Translations under genes and position numbers: made by a program
NCBI GenBank assembly: GCA_964342815.1
Contig: CAYFHS010000008.1
Location: 68,813-132,812 of the forward strand
Reading direction: 5' to 3'
Source: an uncultured archaeon
GTDB taxonomy: Archaea; Thermoplasmatota; Penumbrarchaeia; JASLWR01
Length of the DNA: 64,000 nt
Notes under the pieces: model-generated
Databases searched by the model: none
What the model was told of the DNA's origin: nothing
What the model saw: the letters and a program-made list of their open reading frames with translations, nothing else
In this document: positions 8,855-19,002 of the stretch, piece after piece
Position numbering within the stretch: position 1 is the first letter of the stretch
Layout: every line of letters begins with the position of its first letter

Positions 8855-9646
8855 CTACCTCACGACGTTCTTCTCCTTCAATTTATCCACGAGTCTAGCT
8901 ACCATATCTCCCGCCGTATCCCCTTCGATGATCTCAACTTTCCCCCTGGGCTCAGGAGCAAATGTTCGTTTCACCTGGGTGGGAGAACCTTCCAATCCGA
9001 TCTTTTCGGGCTCCGCCCCAATATCGGAAGCCGACCAAACCTTGGTCTCGTGCTCCCTGTAGGCTCTAATTATTCCTCCCATGGTGGGATATCTCGGGCT
9101 GTTTAGCTCTTTCACGGCTGTCAACAGCGCCGGCATCGGAATCTTCATCGTCATGTGCCCATCCTCGAGAGCCCTTTGTACAGTAAGTTCATTACCGTCG
9201 ATTTTCACATCTCTTACATAGGTAACCTGGGGAATACCGAGGAATTCCGCAAGCTGAGGCCCGATCTGCGCGGTGTCGCCGTCGATGGCCTGAAGCCCGC
9301 AGAATATGAGATCAAATTCTCCAAGTGCCTTAATACCCATTCCAAGGGTATATGATGTGGCCCATGTGTCCGCCCCGGCGAATGCCCGGTCGGATAGCAG
9401 TATGGTATCGTCAACACCCATTGCGTAAACCTCCTTCAAGGCATCAATGGCTTGAGGGGGTCCCATGGATACAACGGTCACCCTTCCTCCGTATCTTTCT
9501 CTAAGCTGGAGCGATTCCTCGATAGCGTGCTTGTCATCAGGATTTACGATACTCGGTACACCTTCCCTGATGAGGGTTCCGGTCTTCGGATCTATCTTTA
9601 CGTCAGTGGTGTCCGGTACTTGTTTCATGCACACGATAATATTCAT
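8855..9646 (-). CDS. etfB: Electron transfer flavoprotein beta subunit
   Basis: MNIIVCMKQVPDT, NPDDKHAIE, DRAFAGADT, AIDGDTAQIG. Confidence 0.95.
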   Translation of the reverse strand: MNIIVCMKQVPDTTDVKIDPKTGTLIREGVPSIVNPDDKHAIEESLQLRERYGGRVTVVSMGPPQAIDALKEVYAMGVDDTILLSDRAFAGADTWATSYTLGMGIKALGEFDLIFCGLQAIDGDTAQIGPQLAEFLGIPQVTYVRDVKIDGNELTVQRALEDGHMTMKIPMPALLTAVKELNSPRYPTMGGIIRAYREHETKVWSASDIGAEPEKIGLEGSPTQVKRTFAPEPRGKVEIIEGDTAGDMVARLVDKLKEKNVVR

Positions 9647-9688
9647 GTTCTCACCTGTTTGTTCCAGTTCAATACTCTATAAATTTTT

Positions 9689-10828
9689 TTACAATCCCAA
9701 TGCCCTCGAGATCACCATTCTCTGGACCTCGGAGGTACCCTCGTATATTTCGGTAATTTTTGCATCCCTGAAATATCTCTCCACCGGATAATCTTTCGTA
9801 TATCCGTACCCACCGTGTATCTGGATGGCCTTGGTGGTTACATCCATTGCGGTCTCCGCAGCGTAGAGTTTGGCCATTGCAGCCTCTTTGCTGTATTTCT
9901 TCTGGTTGTCCTTGGCATATGCAGCGGAATATACCAGATATCTTGCAGCCTGTACCTGGGTCTCCATATCTGCAAGCATGAAAGAGATGGCCTGGAACTT
10001 ACCAATGGGTTTCCCGAACTGCACTCTTTCCTTGGCATACTGGACGCTGCGGTCAAGAGCCCCCTGTGCAATCCCCAAGGCCTGAGCGGCGACGCCTATA
10101 CGTCCGCAGTCCAACGTCTGCATGGCAATGGAGAAACCCCTTCCCTCATCCCACAAACGGTTCCCTTCGGGCACTCGAAGGTCCTGGAATACAAGTTCAC
10201 CAGTTTGGGAACCCCGAATTCCCAATTTATCCTCCTCGGTCCCAATGGAAAACCCTGGCATACCCTTTTCGATAATGAACGCGGTAATGCCTCTCATACC
10301 CGCGGATTTGTCGGTCATGGCAAAGATCACGAGAGTATCCGCCACCGGGCCATTGGTAATGAAAATCTTCGAACCGTTGATGATATAATGCCCATCCTCT
10401 TTCAGGGCAACCGTTCTCTGGGAACCCGCATCGGTTCCGGCGCTGGGTTCCGTTAGACCGAAGGCACCCAGCTTTACACCGCTCGCCAGAGGTGTCAGGA
10501 ATTTTTTTTTCTGTTCCTCGGTCCCGAATTTTTCGATTGGGTAGCAGGCCAATGAATTGTTCACCGAGACTATGATCCCGGTAGAGCCGCATACCCGAGA
10601 TATTTCCTCTACTGCTATAGCATAACTGATAGCATCCGAACCGCTTCCTCCGTATTCCTCCGGGACCATCATCCCCATTATTCCCATCTCGGCAAGCTTT
10701 TTTATTGTTTCTGCAGGGTGCCGGCTCTCAGCGTCAATTTCTTTGGCTATAGGTTCTATGTCGTTTTCAGCTAGCTCGCGGACTGCGCTTCTGATCATTT
10801 CCTGTTCATCGTTAAGACGGAAATCCAT
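9689..10828 (-). CDS. Acyl-CoA (butyryl-CoA-like) dehydrogenase
   Basis: AFGLTEPSAGTD, NGSKIFITNG, GRIGVAAQALG, QIHGGYGY, IYEGTSEVQR; adjacent to etfBA. Confidence 0.95.
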   Translation of the reverse strand: MDFRLNDEQEMIRSAVRELAENDIEPIAKEIDAESRHPAETIKKLAEMGIMGMMVPEEYGGSGSDAISYAIAVEEISRVCGSTGIIVSVNNSLACYPIEKFGTEEQKKKFLTPLASGVKLGAFGLTEPSAGTDAGSQRTVALKEDGHYIINGSKIFITNGPVADTLVIFAMTDKSAGMRGITAFIIEKGMPGFSIGTEEDKLGIRGSQTGELVFQDLRVPEGNRLWDEGRGFSIAMQTLDCGRIGVAAQALGIAQGALDRSVQYAKERVQFGKPIGKFQAISFMLADMETQVQAARYLVYSAAYAKDNQKKYSKEAAMAKLYAAETAMDVTTKAIQIHGGYGYTKDYPVERYFRDAKITEIYEGTSEVQRMVISRALGL

Positions 10829-11137
10829 TATCTTCCCCCTTTATTGGATTGAAGTATATTTATACCCGATCTAAACTGCGAAAAGTCGAGTTAGAACGGG
10901 TTTGAAGAAGTGTAATAGTATCAGTGACTATTAAGGTTTCGGTTATATACTCCATCTCAAAGTTCGCGTGTTAAAAACCCCCGATATTCGTGAACTTAAG
11001 GCAGATTTTTTTTCGCCCTTATACGAAGAAATGGGTTGTGATCTATCCCGGTTCTGGTGATAGAGGACCGTTAAGTAGAAAAAAGCTAATATCCACTAAA
11101 TATTGTCAATGGTGCGAAGCGTGACAAAATGTCAAGG

Positions 11138-11291
11138 CCTTTCGAGTAACGGTTTGCCGAGGTCCGAGCAATTTCCCACGGAAATTGACGGATGACCGGG
11201 GCATTCAAAGCCCCTGCACCTGCCAAAGTCTTGGCAGGAGTAACGCCTCGGCAAATTCAGGCGTATCTTCGATGCGCCAGGACTCGAAAGG
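11138..11291 (+). ncRNA. Putative structured RNA or palindromic element of unknown family
   Basis: Six nested stems read directly from the sequence (see finding). G-U pairs favour the + strand. Intergenic between divergent genes. Confidence 0.45.
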
Positions 11292-11536
11292 ACTGGATGC
11301 ATTAAAGGTTCGCAACTTGACAATGTTCGCGTTATCGCCCGGAGGTGCTGATACCGCTGAATATTTAAATAAAAAACCCTGTGGTTTGTCAATTAACTGT
11401 CCCTTTGCTTTCAACGTTGACAAGCAGGCAGGCAATACCATTATAATTTACAACTGATTTAAAAAAAATGGAAAGTGAGAATTGGTGTTCCGGTAATTGC
11501 AGATGAAATCCGTCAAATCCAGCTTGGAGATAACTT

Positions 11537-12265
11537 ATGAACCTAACTGTAATACTTCTGATCTACAACGAAAAAGATAATATTATTCCCCTGGTTGATG
11601 AAATTTTGAAGGTATTTGACGACAATGAACTGAAAGGTGAGCTGCTATTGGTAAATGACGGCAGCACAGACGGATCTGCCGTTATTTCCAAAGGATTGGC
11701 GAAAAAATATAAGCGCGTTCGAGTCGTCCATCACAAACAGAACCTAGGACGGTCGTACGCGATCCGGACAGGCTTCCGAAATGCAAAGGGGAAGATCACA
11801 ATTATCATGGACGGAGACCGACAATACGAACCGTGTGAGATTCCAAAATTCTTAGAAAAGATCGATGAGGGCTGGGACGTGGTGAGTGGAAATCGAACCC
11901 AAAGAACCGACAGCTGGATACGACGTTTTATCTCACGTAATTACAATAGATGGATAATCGGAAAGGGCCTTGGCATAAATATTGCAGACCAGAACAGCGG
12001 TTTCAAGGCATTCAATACTAGAAAGGTCGTGCAGATGAAATTCGATCCTGAGGGATTTCTCGGACTGCATCGTTTCATTCTTCCCCTTGCGAGGATTCAG
12101 GGAATGTCCGTTACCGAGATTCCCATCCAACATTTCGATAGAACTGAGGGTAAATCGTATATCAAGTTCTATACCGTTCCTTTCATCACTTATCGGGATT
12201 ATCTAAGGTTCAAAAAGAATTATAAAAATGAGATAAAAGCCTACAAGAGAGAGATAAAATCATAG
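11537..12265 (+). CDS. GT2 glycosyltransferase (polyprenol-phosphate glycosyltransferase-like)
   Basis: YNEKDNI, VNDGSTDGS, NLGRSYAIRTG, MDGDRQY, DQNSGFKAF. Confidence 0.9.
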   Translation: MNLTVILLIYNEKDNIIPLVDEILKVFDDNELKGELLLVNDGSTDGSAVISKGLAKKYKRVRVVHHKQNLGRSYAIRTGFRNAKGKITIIMDGDRQYEPCEIPKFLEKIDEGWDVVSGNRTQRTDSWIRRFISRNYNRWIIGKGLGINIADQNSGFKAFNTRKVVQMKFDPEGFLGLHRFILPLARIQGMSVTEIPIQHFDRTEGKSYIKFYTVPFITYRDYLRFKKNYKNEIKAYKREIKS

Positions 12266-12291
12266 GTTCTACTTGGATGAGATTACTCTTC

Positions 12292-13632
12292 CTAAAAAAT
12301 GCTTTTTTTGTATCTTGAAGGACTTCCTATTGCGCGGTATTCAACTTTCTTGAAATGATCTCGACTGAATAAGCGCCTTCCATCGATAATCAGCGCCCTG
12401 GACATAAGCCGAATGAAGACATCTTCGGGAATGTCTCTGAACTTTTCCCAATCTGTGAGAAACAATGCTGCATGAGAGTCCTTCAACGCTTCCTCGGCAC
12501 TGTTGACGTAAGTTAATTCCCCCGAGATTTCGTACTTCCTAAAATTCTCCACTGCCTTTGGGTCAAATGCTTTCACCCTTCCTCCTCTCCCGAGAAGCTC
12601 TCCTATCACTGGAAGACTTCTTGTCTCTCTAACGTCGTCCGTACCGCCTTTGAAAGCCAGACCCAGGACCGTCACGGTTTTCCCTTCAATGGGACCGTAT
12701 TCCTCCAATATCTCGATCATACGCAAGTATTGTCGTTCATTAACTTCAAGAACCGCTTCAAGTATCCTTAATTCCCTTTGTCTGGACCGTGCAAGCGCTA
12801 TAATACTCTTCAGGTCTTTGGGAAAACACGAGCCACCGAAACCGATCCCGGCTTGAAAGAAATCCGCAGATATTCGTCGGTCCATACATACCCCTTCGAA
12901 CATCTCATCCACATCCACCCCAAGTTCTTCACATAGATTGGAAAACTCATTCGCAAATGATATCTTAGATGCCAGGAATGCATTAGAGCAATACTTCACC
13001 ATTTCCGCGGTAGTTACGTCTGTTAATAATTTTGGACATTTCACATTCTCGTATATTTTTTTAAGAATTTTTTCCGTTACAGCATCCAGGGTACCAAAGA
13101 CCAAACGATCCGGGCTCAAGCTGTCTCGCAGCGCCGAGCCTTCACTTAGAAATTCAGGACTCATACCGAGACCTAAATCTTCCCCCACCATTTTACCCGA
13201 ATACTTTTCGATTATATTACGCAGGATCCCAATTGTACTACCTGGAGGAACCGTACTTTTTATCACGATAGAGTGAAAACCTTCCTTCACTGCCAAAGCC
13301 TCACCCAGTTCACGAACAGCAGCCTCAATCTGGGAAAGATCGGTTTCATCGTTTTCACCGGAAGGTGTAGCCACGCAAACGAAAGTGATCTCACTGGTCT
13401 CAAGCGCTTTCATGAGATCGGTGGTGGCACTGATGGTTCCAGCAGTTACCATTTTCGACAGTAGCTGTTCCATACCAGGCTCGAAGACAGGGGGCTGCCC
13501 GTGATTAATTTCGTCTATTTTCTCCTTTACCTTGTCGACGCACACCGTAGGATAACCTAAAGAAGAAAATGTAAGGGCTGTAGTGATGCCAACGTAACCC
13601 GATCCGAGAATGCTGATCCTGATTTTCGGCAT
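12292..13632 (-). CDS. UDP-glucose/GDP-mannose dehydrogenase family protein
   Basis: GSGYVG Rossmann motif, CVATPS, IKSTVPPG, SPEFLSEG, GFGGSCFPKD, GLAFKGGTDDVRE. Start reassigned to MPKIRI at 13632. Confidence 0.93.
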   Translation of the reverse strand: MPKIRISILGSGYVGITTALTFSSLGYPTVCVDKVKEKIDEINHGQPPVFEPGMEQLLSKMVTAGTISATTDLMKALETSEITFVCVATPSGENDETDLSQIEAAVRELGEALAVKEGFHSIVIKSTVPPGSTIGILRNIIEKYSGKMVGEDLGLGMSPEFLSEGSALRDSLSPDRLVFGTLDAVTEKILKKIYENVKCPKLLTDVTTAEMVKYCSNAFLASKISFANEFSNLCEELGVDVDEMFEGVCMDRRISADFFQAGIGFGGSCFPKDLKSIIALARSRQRELRILEAVLEVNERQYLRMIEILEEYGPIEGKTVTVLGLAFKGGTDDVRETRSLPVIGELLGRGGRVKAFDPKAVENFRKYEISGELTYVNSAEEALKDSHAALFLTDWEKFRDIPEDVFIRLMSRALIIDGRRLFSRDHFKKVEYRAIGSPSRYKKSIF

Positions 13633-13666
13633 TTTCGTTTCACCATATAGCGAGTTTATAATAAAA

Positions 13667-14629
13667 TTAATAATCCGGATTACTCCTAGTATAATCGATA
13701 TATTTTTGCAAACCATCATCAATAGTGGTTGTTGGCTGCCATCCTAGTTCATTTTTCAGCAAATCCCCCGAGGCCAGGGTATGTTCGACATCCCCGGGTT
13801 GGGAGTCACTGTGAAATATCTCTGAGGCCGAATCCGTCAATCCAATGATCTTTTCCGCTAGTTCATTAATGCTGATACCCGAACCGAATCCGATATTGTA
13901 AGTACCGCTTAAGCCCTTGTCGGCAAACATGATATTCGCCTTAAGAATATCATCGATATATGTGAAATCCCGAGTATTTTCCCCGGTGCCGAATATCTCA
14001 ATTTTTTCGTTACGAAGTGCCCGATGTGTGAATATCGAAACGGCCATATCCGGTCTCAACCTCGGACCATATACTGTAAAGTACCTAAGCGTAACAACGT
14101 TAAGCCCGAAGAGAGAGTGGAAAACCCTGCAGTAGTCCTCGGCTGTCTTTTTGGATACACCATATGGCGAGATGGGACGCAGTGGGTGTTCCTCGTCGAA
14201 CGGTAGGTATTCCACATTCCCGTATACCGATGAGGAGCTGGCGTTAATAAACCTATGAACATTGTTATCTTTTGCTGCGACCAGTAGATTCAATGTTCCC
14301 TCAACGTTCGTTCGGTTTGTTTTATAAGGATCTTTCATCGAGACATGGACACCTGCTTGGGCCGCCTCGTGATAAATTAGATTTATATTGTTCTTTTGGA
14401 TCGCACCATCAAGTAATTTCCGGTCCAGAATGTCTCCTCGAATGAAATGAAAATCACCATGTTCACCAATTACTTTCAGGTTTCTCTCTTTTAGCCGTAC
14501 GTCATAATAAGGGTCGAGGTTATCGATTACCGTTACCGAATGACCTTCATCAAGCAGCGCACAAGCGAGACTGCTGCCAATAAACCCCGCCCCTCCTGTC
14601 AATAAAACGTCATGTCCCATTTTTCTCAC
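13667..14629 (-). CDS. NAD-dependent nucleotide-sugar epimerase/dehydratase
   Basis: TGGAGFIGS, ASSSSVYG, PYGVSK (YxxxK), LRYFTVYGP, RDFTYIDD. Confidence 0.93.
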   Translation of the reverse strand: MRKMGHDVLLTGGAGFIGSSLACALLDEGHSVTVIDNLDPYYDVRLKERNLKVIGEHGDFHFIRGDILDRKLLDGAIQKNNINLIYHEAAQAGVHVSMKDPYKTNRTNVEGTLNLLVAAKDNNVHRFINASSSSVYGNVEYLPFDEEHPLRPISPYGVSKKTAEDYCRVFHSLFGLNVVTLRYFTVYGPRLRPDMAVSIFTHRALRNEKIEIFGTGENTRDFTYIDDILKANIMFADKGLSGTYNIGFGSGISINELAEKIIGLTDSASEIFHSDSQPGDVEHTLASGDLLKNELGWQPTTTIDDGLQKYIDYTRSNPDY

Positions 14630-14999
14630 TCTTTTTTGGTGTAAATCACTGTACCATCCCCCAATATATCAGTTCATCCTACCCATCAGCCTCACGAATA
14701 AACAATGATTCAAACAATGAGGCTGACGGCAGTTCTTCTATACCATACTTTTGGTAGGTTCGACGAGGAGAAAGTGTTTTCAATCCGATTTTTTTTTTCT
14801 CGATGGATACTTTAGAGGTTCGGTCCAAATGACCATTTCGTTTATTCATCCATTACTTCATACCAAGCAATTTCATTAAAGAGCAGAATATGACCAAATG
14901 GGTTCTACATGATTATTAGAACCGATCAGGTTAATTATGAATTTTGATTATTCCATAAGAACCCAAAATACTATACGGAAAGAGACGGTTCGCCCTCCC

Positions 15000-16784
15000 A
15001 TGGATTTTCTGATCAGAGCGACTGAAATATCAAAGTCCTTTGGTGCAAAGCAGTTATTCAAAAATGTATCTTTCGACGTTAAGGCAAATGACTGCATAGG
15101 CCTTATTGGACCCAACGGTTGCGGGAAAACGACATTATTCAATCTTTTTTTGGGGAATGATTTCTCCAATGTGGGAGAAATGTGGGTGAACGATGAACTT
15201 CAAATAAGGCACTTGAAGCAGGTTCTCGTGGATGTAGAGGGCCAAACAGTGGGCCAATTCATTTCCGAAAGCATGAAGACGGGACGTGCCTATGGTAAAA
15301 TACAGAAAATCGAGAGCAAATTGGGGGACCCCGATATCTATGGTTCAGCGGAATATGAAGAGGTCCTTCGAGAATACCAGCGACTTCAGGAATCCATTGG
15401 ATGGGCCGAAGAAGATAAGTCCTGGGACATAGTGCAGGAGCTGCTCAGGGAACTGGAATTTGAAAATCTGGAAACTGACACACTGATGGAGACTTTGTCG
15501 GGGGGTGAGCGACAGAAACTCGCACTTGCATCCGTCCTTGCGGACCCAAAAGAATGCGACCTTCTCCTACTTGATGAACCTACAAATCATCTCGATATTG
15601 ATACGATAGAATGGTTCGAGGAAAAGCTGGCTGATTTTCCAGCAGCCATAATAGTGATATCTCACGACAGATACCTCCTTGACAACCTCGTGGACAGGGT
15701 CTTTGAAATGGAAGGGGGAAAAATAGTAATATACAACGCATCATTCGAGGAATACGAGGAACAGAAGGAAATACGTCAGCATATCAAGGACCAGGAATAC
15801 AAGAAGGCCAGAGCGGAAGAGAAACGACAAAAACGATCCATTGCGATCATGACTCGGAGGAACAAGTACGACAGCCAGATCAAAAGCAAGTTGAGACGGC
15901 TTCGGAAGGTGAAGAGATATGAGAATCCGGTCATTCGATCATATCTACTGAAATTTCGGTTTAAATCGACATTCAAATCCAGCACAAATGTAGCGGATGG
16001 CATTCACATAACTAAGAGTTATGACCGAAAAATCCTTCATGACGCAAGCTTTGAGATATCGAACGGACAGCGTATTGGTTTAATTGGTCAGAATGGGTGT
16101 GGAAAGACCACATTGCTTAAGATGATTACTGGAGAGGAAAAACCGGATAGTGGAAAAATAAACATATCGGGAGGCGTGAAATGGAGATATTTCGACCAGG
16201 GTCATCTGTCCCTCGTTCCGCACAATACTGTTCTGGAGGAGGTAATCCGAGGAAAAGAGGGGCTCAAGGAGAATGACGCAAAAGCACTGCTTGGACAGTT
16301 CACATTCAAGCGAACGAGCATATACAACCGAGTAGAAAGCTTGTCCGGCGGGGAACGAGCTCGTCTCGCATTATTACGTCTTCTGCTGAAGCCCTGTAAT
16401 CTTTTGATACTGGACGAACCGACAAACCACATGGACATTCCCTCAAAAATCGCAATCGCCAGTGCCCTGAACTCCTTCGATGGAACTGTAATAATCGTGT
16501 CTCACGATAGGGATTTTCTCGATAATGTCTGTGATACGATCTTTCTGATGAGCAAAGGGCGTATTCTTAGCTACGGCGGTAATTACACGTTTTTCAGAGC
16601 GGATCATCTGAAACGATTTCGAAAAGTTACCGGCACCGACCCGATAAAGTACATTGTAATGAAGACCTTTACCGAGTGGACAAACAGGATTAAACACAGA
16701 AGAGGCGAAAAATTGATATTGGACGAAGAGAAAGAAAAGTATTATCGGTCCGCCATCAGGAACGGATGGTTAAAAGAGATATGA
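15000..16784 (+). CDS. ABC-F family ATPase (tandem ABC domains, no membrane domain)
   Basis: GPNGCGKT / LSGGERQKL / LLDEPTNHLD and GQNGCGKT / LSGGERARL / ILDEPTNHMD separated by a charged helical linker. Start at 15000 preferred over 14937. Confidence 0.9.
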   Translation: MDFLIRATEISKSFGAKQLFKNVSFDVKANDCIGLIGPNGCGKTTLFNLFLGNDFSNVGEMWVNDELQIRHLKQVLVDVEGQTVGQFISESMKTGRAYGKIQKIESKLGDPDIYGSAEYEEVLREYQRLQESIGWAEEDKSWDIVQELLRELEFENLETDTLMETLSGGERQKLALASVLADPKECDLLLLDEPTNHLDIDTIEWFEEKLADFPAAIIVISHDRYLLDNLVDRVFEMEGGKIVIYNASFEEYEEQKEIRQHIKDQEYKKARAEEKRQKRSIAIMTRRNKYDSQIKSKLRRLRKVKRYENPVIRSYLLKFRFKSTFKSSTNVADGIHITKSYDRKILHDASFEISNGQRIGLIGQNGCGKTTLLKMITGEEKPDSGKINISGGVKWRYFDQGHLSLVPHNTVLEEVIRGKEGLKENDAKALLGQFTFKRTSIYNRVESLSGGERARLALLRLLLKPCNLLILDEPTNHMDIPSKIAIASALNSFDGTVIIVSHDRDFLDNVCDTIFLMSKGRILSYGGNYTFFRADHLKRFRKVTGTDPIKYIVMKTFTEWTNRIKHRRGEKLILDEEKEKYYRSAIRNGWLKEI

Positions 16785-17004
16785 TCTATTGGTGATCTTT
16801 ACTTTCACTTACCCGCCAGATTGATATATATATTATTACTGACTCCGGTTATTCCAGTTGATAAAATTTCCAAAATACCATTCCTTTCCCGTGGAAGATT
16901 TGGGCCAAAATATTGATAAGAAAATATTGATTTTCAGAAGAAAGTTAACGAGCCATTCAAAAGCATGATAAATGGAATTGATACACTTTAAACAGGTGTG
17001 TAAA

Positions 17005-18975
17005 ATGCCGGAATTCAAGTTGATATCAGAGTTCGAGCCCAGAGGGGACCAGCCACGAGCAATCAGTGAACTGGTGCATGGTATCAACCACGGTGCCGCA
17101 CACCAAACTCTCCTGGGTGTGACGGGGAGCGGAAAAACGTATATGGCGGCCTCGGTGATTGAAAAGATAGGAAAACCTACTCTGGTGATCTCACACAACA
17201 AGACCCTTGCCGCACAGCTATGCGCTGAATACAAGAGATTTTTCCCGGAGAATGCTGTTGAATATTTTGTCAGCTACTACGACTACTATCAACCTGAGGC
17301 ATATATTCCGAAGAGGGACCTTTACATCGAGAAGGAGGCCGATATCAACAAGGAGATCGACCGTTTGAGGCACTGTGCTACGCGTTCTTTAATGGATAGA
17401 CAGGACGTAATAGTAGTAGCAAGCGTTTCTTGCATATACGGACTTGGTTCTCCCGAAGAGTATGCATCCCTTGGTCTTTTTCTGGAACGCGGAAGAATTA
17501 CTGACCGTGATTCCATAATAATGAGATTGGTCGAAATACAATACGAGCGGAACGATTTTGAACTATCCCCGGGGAAATTCAGGGTTAGGGGAGACCGGAT
17601 CGACATTTTCCCTTCATACGGCGGCATGCCTTTACGAGTGACAATGGACCGAGAGACCATAACAGGACTGACAGAAATTGACCCGGTTACCGGGAAAAAA
17701 CAGATCGAGCGAAACCGAATCATAGTTTATCCGGCCAAACATTTCGTTATGCCTAAGGAGAAGGTGGAAAGGGCAGTTCGTTCCATAGAGGCTGAGCTTA
17801 GTCTTCAGCTAGAAAGATTAATGGATGATGGAAAACAGTTCGAGGCAACCCGTCTGAAGCAGAGGACGTTGTACGATATCGAATTGATTCAGGAAATAGG
17901 CTACTGTCCCGGGATCGAGAATTATTCGAGGCATTTCGACGGTAGAGAACCGGGGGACAGTCCTTTCACGCTGATTGATTATTTTCCTGATGATTTTCTT
18001 ATGATCGTGGATGAATCCCACGTTACCCTCCCGCAGATACGGGGAATGTACAAAGGTGATCGATCCCGCAAGGAAAATCTCGTGGACTTTGGTTTCAGGC
18101 TTCCATCGGCTTTCGATAACCGTCCCTTGACCTTCGAGGAATTTGAGGAACGTATGAAAACGGTCTTATACACTTCGGCAACCCCTGCCAAGTATGAAAA
18201 TAGTAAAAGTTCCAACGTGGTTGAATTGATAATTCGCCCTACAGGTCTCGTGGACCCGGAAGTGGTGATAAGACCGGCGGAGAATCAGGTCGATGATGTA
18301 ATAGAGGAGATCAGGCGCTGCGAGGAGCTGGGAGAGCGTGTCCTTGTAACCACTCTTACAAAACGAATGGCCGAGGACCTGTCAGTGTACCTTGTGGAAA
18401 TGGGGATCAAGGCCGAATACATGCATTCAGGTACCAAGACAATAGAGAGGGTCGAGATACTCCGGAAGCTCAGATTGGGTACTTTCAACGTGCTTGTGGG
18501 GATCAATCTCCTTCGTGAGGGGCTCGATCTACCGGAAGTGTCTCTCGTAGCGATATTGGACGCGGATAAAGAGGGATTCTTGAGGAATGAAACTTCGCTG
18601 ATACAGACCATGGGGAGGGCGGCGAGGAATGTGAACGGTAAGGTGATACTCTATGCTAAAGACAGGACCCGTTCAATAAAGGCAGCGGTGGAAAAGACGA
18701 ACTGGCGGAGAAAAATACAGCTTGCATATAATGCGGCACATGGGATAGAACCAGAGACCATTCATAAGGAAATTAAAGATATAACCGAGGATATTTCTCG
18801 CACTGTTAGTGAGGACGAAGATATAATTATACCATCCGATGGGATCGACAAATCGGATTATCATCTCCTCATCGTGGAACTGGAGGCCGAAATGAAGAGG
18901 GCGGCCGGTAATTTAGAATTCGAGAAAGCAGCGCGGCTTCGTGACAGAATATTAGAGCTGAAGAGTCTTATGTAA
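17005..18975 (+). CDS. uvrB: Excinuclease ABC subunit B
   Basis: GVTGSGKT, HNKTLAAQL, YYDYYQPEAY, DESH, GINLLREGLDLPEV, C-terminal UVR domain. Confidence 0.97.
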   Translation: MPEFKLISEFEPRGDQPRAISELVHGINHGAAHQTLLGVTGSGKTYMAASVIEKIGKPTLVISHNKTLAAQLCAEYKRFFPENAVEYFVSYYDYYQPEAYIPKRDLYIEKEADINKEIDRLRHCATRSLMDRQDVIVVASVSCIYGLGSPEEYASLGLFLERGRITDRDSIIMRLVEIQYERNDFELSPGKFRVRGDRIDIFPSYGGMPLRVTMDRETITGLTEIDPVTGKKQIERNRIIVYPAKHFVMPKEKVERAVRSIEAELSLQLERLMDDGKQFEATRLKQRTLYDIELIQEIGYCPGIENYSRHFDGREPGDSPFTLIDYFPDDFLMIVDESHVTLPQIRGMYKGDRSRKENLVDFGFRLPSAFDNRPLTFEEFEERMKTVLYTSATPAKYENSKSSNVVELIIRPTGLVDPEVVIRPAENQVDDVIEEIRRCEELGERVLVTTLTKRMAEDLSVYLVEMGIKAEYMHSGTKTIERVEILRKLRLGTFNVLVGINLLREGLDLPEVSLVAILDADKEGFLRNETSLIQTMGRAARNVNGKVILYAKDRTRSIKAAVEKTNWRRKIQLAYNAAHGIEPETIHKEIKDITEDISRTVSEDEDIIIPSDGIDKSDYHLLIVELEAEMKRAAGNLEFEKAARLRDRILELKSLM

Positions 18976-19002
18976 AATTTTTATTTCAAGTGGTGAGCAA
19001 GA

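Noticed and set aside
11153-11255. tRNA (cloverleaf-like four-way junction)
   Set aside because: Too long, with no D-loop GG, no proper T-loop and no acceptor-stem geometry.
11132-11457. Three short ORFs in the ORF track overlapping the structured element
   Set aside because: No motifs, mutually overlapping, and better explained by the GC-rich palindromic sequence.
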